From the NCBI GenBank assembly GCA_046758905.1, contig JBHIBC010000006.1, forward strand, positions 6,686-70,685: a stretch of DNA of 64,000 nt, in the 5' to 3' direction. A program made the position numbers and the translations under genes. This stretch comes from Acidobacteriota bacterium. Lineage in GTDB: Bacteria; Acidobacteriota; Polarisedimenticolia; Gp22-AA2. Below, piece by piece: positions 10,615 through 20,515 of this stretch. Below the pieces are notes generated by a model. That model had not been told where the DNA came from, did no database searches, and saw only the letters and a list, made by a program, of their open reading frames with translations. Numbering within the stretch: the stretch's first letter is position 1; every line of letters starts with the position of its first letter.

Positions 10615-10642
10615 TTGACTGGGGTGGAGTTCGCCGTATCTT
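10615..10642 (+). promoter_or_regulatory. putative sigma70 promoter
   Basis: TTGACT-16nt-TATCTT about 50 nt upstream of ATG 10690. Confidence 0.35.
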
Positions 10643-10689
10643 TTGGGCTCTCGGGCCGGCGCGTCCGGCCTCCGAGGGTCGAGGGGAAG

Positions 10690-12687
10690 ATGAGCTCAGG
10701 CCACCGTCGGATCCGCGCGACCCTGATCGCGCTCGCCCTATCGGCGCCGGCCTCGGGCCCCCTTCCGGCCGCACCGTCCGACGCGGCCAGAGAGCTGCGG
10801 CAGGCGCTGCTGCGGCGCGTGGGCGAGCTGTCCCTGCTGCGGGTGCCGCGCGCGGACCGGGACCTCCCGCAGCCGCGGCGTCCCGACGGGAGCCTCGATC
10901 CGCGCTACGCGATCACCGAGCCGAAGCGCCTGCTCGGCAAGATGCTGTTCTTCGACCCGATCCGGACGAACCACATTCGCCCCGAGTTCGGCGGCGTCGA
11001 GGCGATGGCACAGACGGCCTCGTGCGGCTCCTGCCACCTCGGCGCGGCGGCGGGCAAGGCCGGCCTGCCGATCAACCTGGCGGTCGGCGGGGAGGGCCTC
11101 GGATTCCCGGACCCGTCGGCCGGACGGTTCGTGATCCGCCGCCGCGTGCGGCCCGGCTTGGTGGACATCCTCCCGACCCCGATCGAGCTGGTGGTCGATG
11201 GGGAGGTGGTGCAGAGCGGCCGCTTCGACGCGGTCGATTCGGTCCCGCGCCTGTCGCCGAGCATGGTCGGCTTCGCCTTCAACAACCGCCTGCTCGGCGG
11301 CGGCGTGGCGGGGGAGCCGAGCGGTCCCGGCAAGGCGAACGCGAATCCGGACGGCCTGCCCGCCGGGGAGAACCTGGCCGAGCTCGCCGCCCGGGCCCAC
11401 CGCATGGCCGGGACGCAGAACGACGCGCTGCAGGCGATCCCGGCCTACGTGCGGCTGTTCCGCGAGGCGTACCCCGCGGAGGCGGCGCTGGCCGAGGCGG
11501 CCGGGGAGTTGGGCCTGCTGATCAACGACCGGACCGTGGCGCGCTCCGTCGCGGCCTTCCTGAGGACCGTGGTCACGCGCGACACCCCCTGGGATCGGTT
11601 CCTGGCCGGGGACGACGCGGCGATGACGCGCCGCCAGATCCGGGGGGGCCTGCTGTTCGCCCGCTCGACCGAGGAGGGGGGAGCGAACTGCATCGCCTGC
11701 CACAGCGGTCCGGCGCTCAATAAGACGCTGGGGGACGAGCGCGGAGTGCTGGTGGAGGAGAACTTCCACAACGTGGGGATCGGCGACCACCCCCTCGTGG
11801 ACCTGGCGCGGGCCACCTTGGGAGACCCGTCCCTCAGGGACGTCGGCCGGGCCGAGGCGACCGGCGATCCCGCCGACGCGTTCGAGTTCCGCGCCCCCAC
11901 CCTGCGGCAGCTCCGGGACGGGAGCCGGTTCACCCACTCCGCGGCGTTCCGATCGGTGCGCGAGGTCGTGCTCTACTTCAACGCGGGCATCCCGCAGGAC
12001 TCGGGGGCGGCCGCGGCGGGGAACCTCTCGCGGCTGTTCACGCAGCCCCGCGGAACGACCTATCCGCCGGGGCTGGGCCTCAACCCGGCGCAGATCGACG
12101 CGCTGGTCGATTTCCTGGAGAACGCCCTGTACGACCCGGGCCTCCGGCGTCCCGAGCCCGGCTCCCCCACCCGGCCGTTCGACCCCACCGCCCGCGAGCT
12201 GCGTTACTCGACCGAGCGGCCCGACCTCGCGGCACTCGGGGCGCCCGACGGGCGCATGCCGAGCGGCCTGCCCCCGTTCAACGCCGACCCGCTGTCGAGG
12301 CGGGACCTGGGGCTCGAGCTCCTCGACGTGAGCGGGCGGATCGAGGTGAAGCGGACGGCGATCCGGGCGGGGGCGCCGGCCACGGGCGCGGGGCGACCGC
12401 GCCTGAGCCGGGTCGAGCGCATCACGCTGGTCAACCGCGGCGCCGACCCCATCGACACCGACCTGATGATCGTCCTGCGCGGGCTGACCGAGGGCCTGAG
12501 CCTGGCGAACGCCGACGGGATCTCGATCGCCGTCCCGGAGCCGGCGCTGCCGTACCGGCGCGTGTTTCTCGAGGGCGGAACCTTGGCGCCGGGGGCGAGC
12601 CTCGACCTGCTGCTCCGCTTCTCCGGCTCGCCGCGCCGCCCGCTCGACTACGAGGCCGTGATCCTCAGCGGTCAGGCGGCGCCCTGA
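10690..12687 (+). CDS. di-heme cytochrome c peroxidase / MauG superfamily protein, divergent
   Basis: signal peptide; LGKMLFFD, CGSCH, NCIACHSG, NFHNVG, FRAPTLR, LVDFLENAL; extra C-terminal beta-rich domain. Confidence 0.85.
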   Translation: MSSGHRRIRATLIALALSAPASGPLPAAPSDAARELRQALLRRVGELSLLRVPRADRDLPQPRRPDGSLDPRYAITEPKRLLGKMLFFDPIRTNHIRPEFGGVEAMAQTASCGSCHLGAAAGKAGLPINLAVGGEGLGFPDPSAGRFVIRRRVRPGLVDILPTPIELVVDGEVVQSGRFDAVDSVPRLSPSMVGFAFNNRLLGGGVAGEPSGPGKANANPDGLPAGENLAELAARAHRMAGTQNDALQAIPAYVRLFREAYPAEAALAEAAGELGLLINDRTVARSVAAFLRTVVTRDTPWDRFLAGDDAAMTRRQIRGGLLFARSTEEGGANCIACHSGPALNKTLGDERGVLVEENFHNVGIGDHPLVDLARATLGDPSLRDVGRAEATGDPADAFEFRAPTLRQLRDGSRFTHSAAFRSVREVVLYFNAGIPQDSGAAAAGNLSRLFTQPRGTTYPPGLGLNPAQIDALVDFLENALYDPGLRRPEPGSPTRPFDPTARELRYSTERPDLAALGAPDGRMPSGLPPFNADPLSRRDLGLELLDVSGRIEVKRTAIRAGAPATGAGRPRLSRVERITLVNRGADPIDTDLMIVLRGLTEGLSLANADGISIAVPEPALPYRRVFLEGGTLAPGASLDLLLRFSGSPRRPLDYEAVILSGQAAP

Positions 12688-12696
12688 AGCATCCTC

Positions 12697-12909
12697 TCAG
12701 CGCCGGCGCGCCCTGCGGCCCCGCCCGCGCGGCCGGCCGGGACGCCGCTTGCGGCTGGAGCGCACGCCGCGGCCGGGGGCCTTAGTGAGGCGTCTCTCGA
12801 TTCGCCTCAACCGGGTTTCGATCCTCTTCAGCCGGCCGCCGATCGCTCCCTTCAGGCTTCGGGTGACGACCGCACCCATCGCTCCCACGAGATCCGGTGT
12901 TCGGGCCAT
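12697..12909 (-). CDS. small, highly basic hypothetical protein (70 aa)
   Basis: strong GAGGGAGG RBS; coiled-coil-like RLKRIETRLRRIERRL and Arg-rich tail with KRRPGRPRG. Confidence 0.6.
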   Translation of the reverse strand: MARTPDLVGAMGAVVTRSLKGAIGGRLKRIETRLRRIERRLTKAPGRGVRSSRKRRPGRPRGRGRRARRR

Positions 12910-12999
12910 GAGCCTCCCTCATCGACTCCCTCCGCTGGGGAGGCGCGAGTCTATCATTCCCGGATGCATTCCGCATCCCGCTCCTCGGGGGCCTCCGGC

Positions 13000-15975
13000 C
13001 TAACCGGAGGCCGCCCCGCGCGGACGGCCGCCGCGGGGCAGGTGCTTCTCGACCTCCAGGATCAGGTCCTGGACCCGGAACGGCTTGAGCAGATAGGCGC
13101 GGCCGGTCTTCTCGAAGAAGGCGCGCGTCTCGGCGGACACGGTGTCGCCCGAGGTGAAGATGATGTTCTCGGCGAGGCGCGGGTAGCCTTCCCGGAGCCG
13201 CTCGTACAGCTCCTGACCGTCCATCTCGGGCATCTTGAGATCGCTCACGATCAGGTCGTACGGCCTCGCCGCCAGCGCCTCGAGGGCCGCCTGCCCGCCG
13301 TCGACGGTGACCACCGTGTGCCCGCGTCCCGCGAGCGCGTCCTCGATCATGTCGCGGATCGACGGCTCGTCGTCCACCACCAGGATGGTGGCCGCCGGCG
13401 CCCTCTCCACCGCGGCACGTCGGGCCTCCTCGCGCGCCTCCGGCCCGGAGACCAGCGGCAGCTCTATGGTGAACGTCGTCCCCTCCCCTACCGCGCTGGC
13501 GACGGAGATCTTCCCGTTGTGCTCCTTGATGATCCCGTGACAGATCGACAGCCCCAGTCCGGTCCCCTTGCCGATCGGCTTGGTGGTGAAGAAGGGGTCG
13601 AAGATCTTCTTCAGGGTGTCGGGATGGATGCCGGGCCCGTCGTCGCGGATGGTGACCCGGATGTGGTCTTTGGCCGTCGACGTGCCGATCTCGAGCCCGC
13701 CCTTTCCGTGCGCCTCCACCATCGCCTGCTCGGCGTTGGTGATGATGTTCATGAACACCTGCAGGAGCTGGTTCGGATCGGCGAGCGTCCTCGGGAGGTC
13801 CGGGGTCAGCCGGGTCGACACCTTGATCTTCTTGACCCGGAGGTCGTAGGCCCGCAGCTCGATGGTCTTCCCGAGGACCGCGTTGAGATCCGTCATGACG
13901 CTCTCGGGCTTGTGCTTGCGGGCGAAGGTCAGGAGGTTGCGCACGATGCGCGAGGCCCGCTCGGCCTCGTCGCGTATCCGCGCGACCGACTTGCGGACCC
14001 TCGCGTCCAGATCCTTCTCGAGGAGGATCTCGGAGAAGCCGATCACCCCCGCCAGCGGGTTGTTCAGCTCATGAGCGACGCCGGAGACCAGGTTCCCGAC
14101 CGCCGCCATCTTCTCCGTCTGGAGCAGCTGCTCGCGGATCTGCTTCTCCTCCGTGATCTCCTTGCAGACGTGGATGATGTACAGGCACTGGCCGGCGGCG
14201 TCGAAGCAGGGGATGGCGGTCAAGGCGAACACCCCGCGCTCTCCCTGGACCTCGCGGGCGATGGCCCTGCGGGCCCGGGTGGCCTCCTCGTGAGGACAGC
14301 CGCTCGATCGGCCCATCACCGTCTCCAGGATGTCCCCGCACTCCCGGCCGACGTACGCGCGCGGATCGCCTCCGAGCCGGTCCTGCATCGCCAGATTGGC
14401 GCGCAGCAGCCGCCCGTAGCCGTCGTGGATCGACACCATGTCGGGAATGGCGTCGAAGGTCCTCTCCCACTCCCGCCGCTCGCGCTCGATCTGGTCGGCC
14501 CGCTCCTTGCTCGCCCGGGCGAGCCGGCCGGTCTCCATGGTGACCGCCGCGTGATCCGCCACGGCGCGCACCAGGTCCACCTCCTCGGCGCTCCACTGCC
14601 GGACGCCGGAGGACAGGCCGACGGCCACCAGCCCGATGAACTCCTGGCGGGAGACGATCTTCGCCATGATGAAGCTGCGCAGGCCGAAGGGCGCGGCGGC
14701 CGGGGAGGCCGGGTCCTCGCTCAGGTCGGGGCGCAGGCCGAAGTCGGGAACGTTGAGCGGCTCCCTGGAGAACAGCACCGCCGTCCCGAGGGCGGTGGAG
14801 GAGAACGGGATGGAGCCGCGGGGCTTCAGGGGGGCGAGGCCGTCGGCGCGGTGCTCCACCTCCACGCGGAGGACCGCGCCCGGGTCCCCGTCGCCCTCCT
14901 CGGCGGTGAAGATCACGCAGCGATCGGCGCCTAGGGTTCTGCACAGCTCGACGCTCAGCGACCGGAGGATCCCCTCCATGTCCAGGGGACCGCGCAGCCA
15001 CGAGACGATCCGGTTCAGCACCTCGTGGTGCCCCTTCTCGCGCAGGGTGCGCTCGAGAAGGAGGACGCCGGCGACCGTGCCGGAGAGGTGGGCCGCGAAG
15101 CTCTGTCCCAGCTCCAGGTCGCACGCCCGCGCGCTGCGCTCGTCGCCGTAGCCCAGGACCCAGGCCCCGAGGACCCTGTCCTCGCCCTCCAGGGGGAAGA
15201 CGACCATGGCGCGGATCCCCGCGCCCTCGAGCCACTCGCGCGCCGCCCCGAGCCCCTCCTCGCGCCCCGTGTCGCCGATCAGCCGCGGGCGGTTCGCCGA
15301 CAGCAGGCCGCTGTCGATCGACGAGCCCAGCCAGTCCCGTATCGCCTGGACGAGCGGGGCGGGGCAGCCGGACGAGGCCAGGACCTCCGCGCCCTGGTTG
15401 ACGCCGCGCTGCGCCAGCAGCAGCACGCGGGGCGTGGCCATGAGCGCCCGGGAGGCCTCGTTCACCACGCGCCCTAGGACGTCCCTCTCCCTCACCCCGG
15501 CCAGCTCTCTCGTGAAGGTCGTCAGCGCGGGCCGCTCGCCCGCCCGAGCCGCCCCGGACGGATCGTCCGCCGTCGGGCACGGCTCGCGGTAGGTCAGCAG
15601 GACCAGCGCACCCTCTCCCTCGCTGAGGGACATCACTCGCAGGTCCGCGGGGAAGAGGGAGCCGTCCTTCCGGGAGCAGGAGACGGCCGGGAGAACCGTC
15701 CCCGAGCCGTCCGGGCGCCGGGCGCAGGCGAGGATGCGCTCGAGATCCTCGAGGCCGTGCAGCCGCAGCAGGTCGAGTGTGCCGATGTCGGCCGCGCCGA
15801 AGCCGCTGAGGCGGAAGAACTCGTCGTTCGCCTCGAGCACCAGCCGGGTCGTGAGGTTGACGAGGATCGCCCCTTCACCGAGCCGGTCCATGATCCGGCC
15901 GAGATCGTCGATGCTGATGTCGAGGTGCGAGTCCGGGGCCCTGTCGGGGCGCTCGCCCGCCGCGCTCGTGGTCAA
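13000..15975 (-). CDS. cytoplasmic hybrid sensor histidine kinase (PAS-GAF-GAF-PAS-HisKA-HATPase-REC), NtrB-like
   Basis: AHELNNPL H-box, NIITNA, DDGPG, FFTTKPIGKGTGLGL, C-terminal VVDDE...DLKMP...KPF receiver. Confidence 0.93.
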   Translation of the reverse strand: MTTSAAGERPDRAPDSHLDISIDDLGRIMDRLGEGAILVNLTTRLVLEANDEFFRLSGFGAADIGTLDLLRLHGLEDLERILACARRPDGSGTVLPAVSCSRKDGSLFPADLRVMSLSEGEGALVLLTYREPCPTADDPSGAARAGERPALTTFTRELAGVRERDVLGRVVNEASRALMATPRVLLLAQRGVNQGAEVLASSGCPAPLVQAIRDWLGSSIDSGLLSANRPRLIGDTGREEGLGAAREWLEGAGIRAMVVFPLEGEDRVLGAWVLGYGDERSARACDLELGQSFAAHLSGTVAGVLLLERTLREKGHHEVLNRIVSWLRGPLDMEGILRSLSVELCRTLGADRCVIFTAEEGDGDPGAVLRVEVEHRADGLAPLKPRGSIPFSSTALGTAVLFSREPLNVPDFGLRPDLSEDPASPAAAPFGLRSFIMAKIVSRQEFIGLVAVGLSSGVRQWSAEEVDLVRAVADHAAVTMETGRLARASKERADQIERERREWERTFDAIPDMVSIHDGYGRLLRANLAMQDRLGGDPRAYVGRECGDILETVMGRSSGCPHEEATRARRAIAREVQGERGVFALTAIPCFDAAGQCLYIIHVCKEITEEKQIREQLLQTEKMAAVGNLVSGVAHELNNPLAGVIGFSEILLEKDLDARVRKSVARIRDEAERASRIVRNLLTFARKHKPESVMTDLNAVLGKTIELRAYDLRVKKIKVSTRLTPDLPRTLADPNQLLQVFMNIITNAEQAMVEAHGKGGLEIGTSTAKDHIRVTIRDDGPGIHPDTLKKIFDPFFTTKPIGKGTGLGLSICHGIIKEHNGKISVASAVGEGTTFTIELPLVSGPEAREEARRAAVERAPAATILVVDDEPSIRDMIEDALAGRGHTVVTVDGGQAALEALAARPYDLIVSDLKMPEMDGQELYERLREGYPRLAENIIFTSGDTVSAETRAFFEKTGRAYLLKPFRVQDLILEVEKHLPRGGRPRGAASG

Positions 15976-16179
15976 GATCCGATCCCCTTGTTGGTGGACC
16001 TCCCAGCGGCCGACGGACGTCGATCGCGCCCCGGGCGACCTGCCCCGCCCACCTTCCGGAATATGTGGGCCCCCCGCCCCAAGGTCAACAGCGTCAGGAA
16101 ACCGTCACGCCGCCCGACAGACGGGCTGCGAGGCGCTCTCGACCGGATCCGGCGGCGGGCCGTGGGGAGGAGCTCGGGC

Positions 16180-18246
16180 CTAGACCCCGAACTCGGCGGG
16201 GCTCCAGGTGAGGCCGATCTCGGACGGGGGAGCCATGTAGCCGGCGATGGCCGAGGCGGCGACGACCGGAGGGCTGGCCAGGTATCCCTCGCCCCCGACG
16301 CCCATCCGGTTCTGCCAGTTGCGGTTGAACGTGGTGATGGCGCGCTCGCCCCGCCGCAGGGCGTCGTCGCCCTGACCGAAGCAGGGACCGCACCAGGACT
16401 CCCGGATCACGCCGCCGGCGCTCCGGAAGACAGAGGCGATCGGCTCGCCGCTCAGCCTCGGCTCCGGCGTCTCGATCCGGCGGGCCACCGAGCCGCTCCC
16501 GGGAAAGACGACGAGCCGCACCCCGCGCGCCACCCGCGGGTGGCCGGCGCGGCGGGCCGCATCGATCACCAGGGCGGCGGCGAGCAGGTCCTCGTACGAG
16601 CCGTTGGTGCACGAGCCGATGAGCGCCTTGTCGAAGGTCAGGCGCTCGCGCGCCACCTCCTCCGCGGGGTGGGCGTTGCCGGGACTGAAGGGTCGGGCGA
16701 TCATCGGCACGACCAGGCTGAGATCGAGCACCTCGTCCTTCTCGAACCGCGCCTCCGGCCCGGACACGATCCGCGGGTAGGGGCAGGCGATCCCGCGCCC
16801 GGCGTACCAGGCCTCCGTGATCGCGTCGCGGGCGAAGATGCCGTTCTGCGCCTCCGCTTCGGCCATCATGTTGGCGATCGTGTTGCGGTAGGTCATCGGG
16901 AGCTGTTGCCCGGGGTCCACGAACTCGACCCCCATCCCCTCCGCCTGGGCGCCGCCCCAGCGCCGCAGCAGCTCCAGCACCACGTCCTTGCCCACCACCC
17001 ACGGCTGCAGCCTGCCGGTGAACGTCACCCGCCGCTGCCGCGCCAGGCTGAGGTAGACGTATCCGGTGGCCCAGCCGAACCCCACGGTCGTGCTGCCGAC
17101 GCCTATCCCGACCGCCCCGTAGGCGCCGTAGGCGCGGCTGTGCGAGTCCCCGCCGGGGTACAGGCCGCCGGGGAGGATCAGTCCCTGCTCCGGAAGGTAG
17201 AAGTGGAAGATGCCGGTCCCCGGGGCGGCGTAGTGCGGCGGCTCGATGCCGTGGAGCCGGGCGAACTCCCGGGAGATCGCCGTCTGTCGCTGGTCCGCCT
17301 CCCGCCCCGTGAACACGAAATGATCGCTGACGATCGCCGCCTGCCGGGGATCGATGGCGCGGCCGCCGGTGATCTGGTTGAAGGTGTGGATGGCGAACGG
17401 GGCGGTCCCGTCGGAGGCCGGGAGGAGGTCGGCCCACACCCGCAGGGTGGCGCCCGGGCGGACGTCGGCGTCCCGATCGACCCGGTGGGCGGAGACGATC
17501 TGCTCGGTCAACGTCATCCGGCGCGCCCGTCTCGGGTCGGGGAAGATCACGCGCGGGACGGCGCGGACCGATTCGACGAACTCGCGCCGGCCCACGGCGA
17601 TGATGCCGCCCGATCTGCGGATCTCCTCCTCCTTGGCGGTCAGCGGCAGCGGCTCGTAGGTCCGGCCCCGCGTGACGTTGGCGAGACCGCGCGTCGCGAC
17701 GTCGAAGCTGAACTCGTCGCCGTCGCGCGCCTCCTCCACCGCCTCGGGACATTGCACGACGTGCAGCCCGAGGTTGAGGGCGTTGCGCCGGAAGATGTCC
17801 CCCATGTCGGCGCCGCACACGACGACCATCTCCAGCCCCGCGTCCTCCGCGACCCCACGGAGCCCCGCCGGCGACATCTCGCGCGACGATCCGATGGCGA
17901 ACCGGTCGCCGGCGATCAGGAAGGTCTCGCCCCGGTGGACACGGCTGCGGAAGTCGGGCATCAGGTGACGGAAGGCGCCCGCCTTCCAGCGCTCGTCGAG
18001 GCGCTCGAGGCTCTCGGAGACGCAATCGGAGGCCGGGGTGATCTGGTCGGTGTCGACCGCGTCCCGCTTCCTCCCGGGACGCTCCGGATCCCAGAGGATC
18101 AGGGCTCGGCCCCGGACGACGCGGCGGCGCCCGTCCCCCGCGGGCGGCGCGGCGCGCCGAGCGGCGCTCGTCGCGCTCGACGCGCCGGGCTTCAGCCGGG
18201 CCGGGCGGATGGGCGCCGCAGGCGAATCGCGCCGCCCCGCGCTCAA
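16180..18246 (-). CDS. aconitase-family hydro-lyase: N-terminal LeuD-like swivel domain fused to LeuC-like [4Fe-4S] domain
   Basis: DTDQITPA, GSSRE, IFRRNALNLGL (small subunit), then DHF, DSHS, IGSCTNG, CGPC, NRNW..RMG (large subunit); start codon uncertain. Confidence 0.85.
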   Translation of the reverse strand: MSAGRRDSPAAPIRPARLKPGASSATSAARRAAPPAGDGRRRVVRGRALILWDPERPGRKRDAVDTDQITPASDCVSESLERLDERWKAGAFRHLMPDFRSRVHRGETFLIAGDRFAIGSSREMSPAGLRGVAEDAGLEMVVVCGADMGDIFRRNALNLGLHVVQCPEAVEEARDGDEFSFDVATRGLANVTRGRTYEPLPLTAKEEEIRRSGGIIAVGRREFVESVRAVPRVIFPDPRRARRMTLTEQIVSAHRVDRDADVRPGATLRVWADLLPASDGTAPFAIHTFNQITGGRAIDPRQAAIVSDHFVFTGREADQRQTAISREFARLHGIEPPHYAAPGTGIFHFYLPEQGLILPGGLYPGGDSHSRAYGAYGAVGIGVGSTTVGFGWATGYVYLSLARQRRVTFTGRLQPWVVGKDVVLELLRRWGGAQAEGMGVEFVDPGQQLPMTYRNTIANMMAEAEAQNGIFARDAITEAWYAGRGIACPYPRIVSGPEARFEKDEVLDLSLVVPMIARPFSPGNAHPAEEVARERLTFDKALIGSCTNGSYEDLLAAALVIDAARRAGHPRVARGVRLVVFPGSGSVARRIETPEPRLSGEPIASVFRSAGGVIRESWCGPCFGQGDDALRRGERAITTFNRNWQNRMGVGGEGYLASPPVVAASAIAGYMAPPSEIGLTWSPAEFGV

Positions 18247-18526
18247 GGCAGTGCCCCTGCCGGAGCGAGGTCCCGTCGCGGGATCGGCGGGCCGGCGGCG
18301 GCCCCGATCGAGGCATTGGCGTCCTCATCGCCGCGGCGCCTCATGATCCGCCTCGGCCGATCCCGTCGGAGAGCGCCTCGCAGCGGCGCCTGAGAGTGGG
18401 TCGCATCGATCGCCTGCCCGGACCGGCATTGTAGTCCGTCCCCCCGGACGGAGGAAGATCGACGCCTCGACCCGAAGCCGCCTCTCATCGCTGCCGGCCG
18501 GCGGGGTGAGCGCCCGCGCCCCCGGC

Positions 18527-19690
18527 TCAGTTCAGCCGGCGCCCGTCCGCGGGGTCGAAGAGGTGCAGGCGGGACCGGTCGAACCGCAGCCCGACCCGCT
18601 CCCCGACGGCGACGCGCAGATCCGGAGGGGCGATGCACCTCAGGCGCGGCGGACCCCCGCCGGCCTCCGGCGCGACGTGCACCAGGGTCTCGCTGCCGAG
18701 CGGCTCGATCACGTCCACTCGGCCCACCGCGTCGGCCTCCTCTCCGGACGGCTCGACGATCCGCACGTCGTGCGGCCGGATGCCGAGCGTGACCTCCCGG
18801 CCCTCCGCCAGGGATCCGCGCGGCGTTCCTCCGCCGCCCCTCGGGCCCGCGGGGCTCCCCATCACGGCGCCGGACGGATCGCGTCCCCTCTCGATCTCGA
18901 GGTCCCGGCCCCCGCACTCCGGCCGGACCCGCCCGCCCCCCGGGGAGCGGATCGACCCCCTCAGCAGGTTCATCGAGGGAGCCCCGATGAACGTCCCGAC
19001 GAACTCCGTCGCCGGCTCGCGGTAGACCTCCATCGGCGGGCCGACCTGCTCGACCGCGCCCGCCCGCATGACCGCCAGCCGGTCGGCGAGCGTCAGCGCC
19101 TCCTCCTGGTCGTGGGTCACGTAGAGCATGGTCGCGCTCAGCCGCCCGTGCAGCCGCTTGAGCTCGGCGCGCATCTGCAGGCGGAGGTGGGCGTCCAGGT
19201 TCGACAGCGGCTCGTCGAGCAGGAACGCCCGCGGCTCCCGCGCGATAGCGCGGCCGAGCGCCACGCGCTGCCGCTGGCCGCCGGAGAGCTGCGCGGGCCT
19301 GCGGTCCAACAGCGACGCGAGGCCTAGCGCCCGCGCGACCCGGGCGACACGCTCCGCGATCTCGGCGCGCCGCACGCCGTGCATCCTCAGCCCGAACTCC
19401 AGGTTCCGGCGGACGGTCTTGTGCGGGTAGAGGGCGTAGCTTTGGAACACCATCGCCAGGTCCCGGTCCTGCGGCGGCAGCGCGGTCACGTCCCGGCCGC
19501 CGATCAGCACCCGTCCGCGCTCGGGCGTCTCGAGCCCGGCCACCAGACGCAGCACGGTGCTCTTGCCGCACCCCGAGGGCCCGACCAGAACGACCAGCTC
19601 GCCGTCGCGCACCTCAAGGTCGACGTCCCGCACCGCCTCCACGCCTGCGCCGTACGTCTTGCCGACCGCATCGAGCCTTATGGACGCCAT
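18527..19690 (-). CDS. carbohydrate ABC transporter ATP-binding protein (MalK/UgpC family)
   Basis: [40 protein letters not shown]-terminal TOBE domain. Confidence 0.95.
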   Translation of the reverse strand: MASIRLDAVGKTYGAGVEAVRDVDLEVRDGELVVLVGPSGCGKSTVLRLVAGLETPERGRVLIGGRDVTALPPQDRDLAMVFQSYALYPHKTVRRNLEFGLRMHGVRRAEIAERVARVARALGLASLLDRRPAQLSGGQRQRVALGRAIAREPRAFLLDEPLSNLDAHLRLQMRAELKRLHGRLSATMLYVTHDQEEALTLADRLAVMRAGAVEQVGPPMEVYREPATEFVGTFIGAPSMNLLRGSIRSPGGGRVRPECGGRDLEIERGRDPSGAVMGSPAGPRGGGGTPRGSLAEGREVTLGIRPHDVRIVEPSGEEADAVGRVDVIEPLGSETLVHVAPEAGGGPPRLRCIAPPDLRVAVGERVGLRFDRSRLHLFDPADGRRLN

Positions 19691-19693
19691 CGC

Positions 19694-20515
19694 CTAGCCC
19701 CTGACCGCCCCCGACGTCAGCCCCTGGACGATGCGCCGCTGGAACAGGAAGACCAGGGCGGCCACCGGAGCGCTCGCCACCACGGCCGCCGCCAGGATCT
19801 CACCCCACGGCACCCGGTACTGGCCGCGGAACAGCGCCACCGCGACCGGCACCGTCTGCCGCTCGGGCCCGAGGGTGAACGACATCGCGAACAGGAACTC
19901 GTTCCAGCAGTAGATGAAGGTCAGGATCGCAGTGGTCGCCAGGCCGGGAAGCGCCAGCGGCAGGACCACGTGCCAGAAGACCTCGAGCCGAGTGGCGCCG
20001 TCGACGAGGGCCGCCTCCTCGATCTCGGGCGGGAGCTGGCGGAAGTAGCCGACCAGAAGCCACACGGTCAGGGGCAGCGCGAAGGTCAGGTACGGGAGGA
20101 CCAGCCCCGGGTAGGTGTTGATGAGCCGCAGGCCCCTGAGCAGGAGGTACAGGGGCGGCACGATGGCGATCTGCGGGAACATGCTGACCGCCAGGATCGA
20201 CCCGAGGACCAGAGCCCTGCCGCGGAAGCGGAGCCGGGCCAGCGCGTAGGCGCAGATCGATCCCAGGCCGACGCACAGGGCGGTGGTGGCGCCCGCGACC
20301 ACCAGGGAGTTCCGGATCGGGATCCAGAAGCGCCGCTGCTCGAACAGGGCGCGGTAGTGCTCCAGCACCGGGGCGCGCGAGGGCGGCGACGGGGAGCCGA
20401 ACAGGCGCTCCTCGGGGGTCAACGAGGCGACGGCCGCCCAGAGGGTCGGCAGCACGATCGCGACCAGGAGCGCCGCCGCTCCGGCCCGGGCCAGCGCGCG
20501 CCCCGCCCGGCTCAC
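19694..20515 (-). CDS. carbohydrate ABC transporter permease (MalG-like)
   Basis: GTG at 20515 overlapping upstream stop; EEAALVDGA, WNEFLFA. Confidence 0.92.
   Translation of the reverse strand: MSRAGRALARAGAAALLVAIVLPTLWAAVASLTPEERLFGSPSPPSRAPVLEHYRALFEQRRFWIPIRNSLVVAGATTALCVGLGSICAYALARLRFRGRALVLGSILAVSMFPQIAIVPPLYLLLRGLRLINTYPGLVLPYLTFALPLTVWLLVGYFRQLPPEIEEAALVDGATRLEVFWHVVLPLALPGLATTAILTFIYCWNEFLFAMSFTLGPERQTVPVAVALFRGQYRVPWGEILAAAVVASAPVAALVFLFQRRIVQGLTSGAVRG

Noticed and set aside
12962-12978. GGATGC-N5-GCATCC hairpin downstream of the kinase
   Set aside because: Short stem with no U-tract; insufficient support for a terminator call
18330-18450. GGAGAG / CTGAGAG / CTCTCAGG fragments reminiscent of glycine or TPP riboswitches upstream of the aconitase-like gene
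   Set aside because: The elements are not in the right order or on one strand, and core motifs are missing; an Infernal/Rfam scan would settle it
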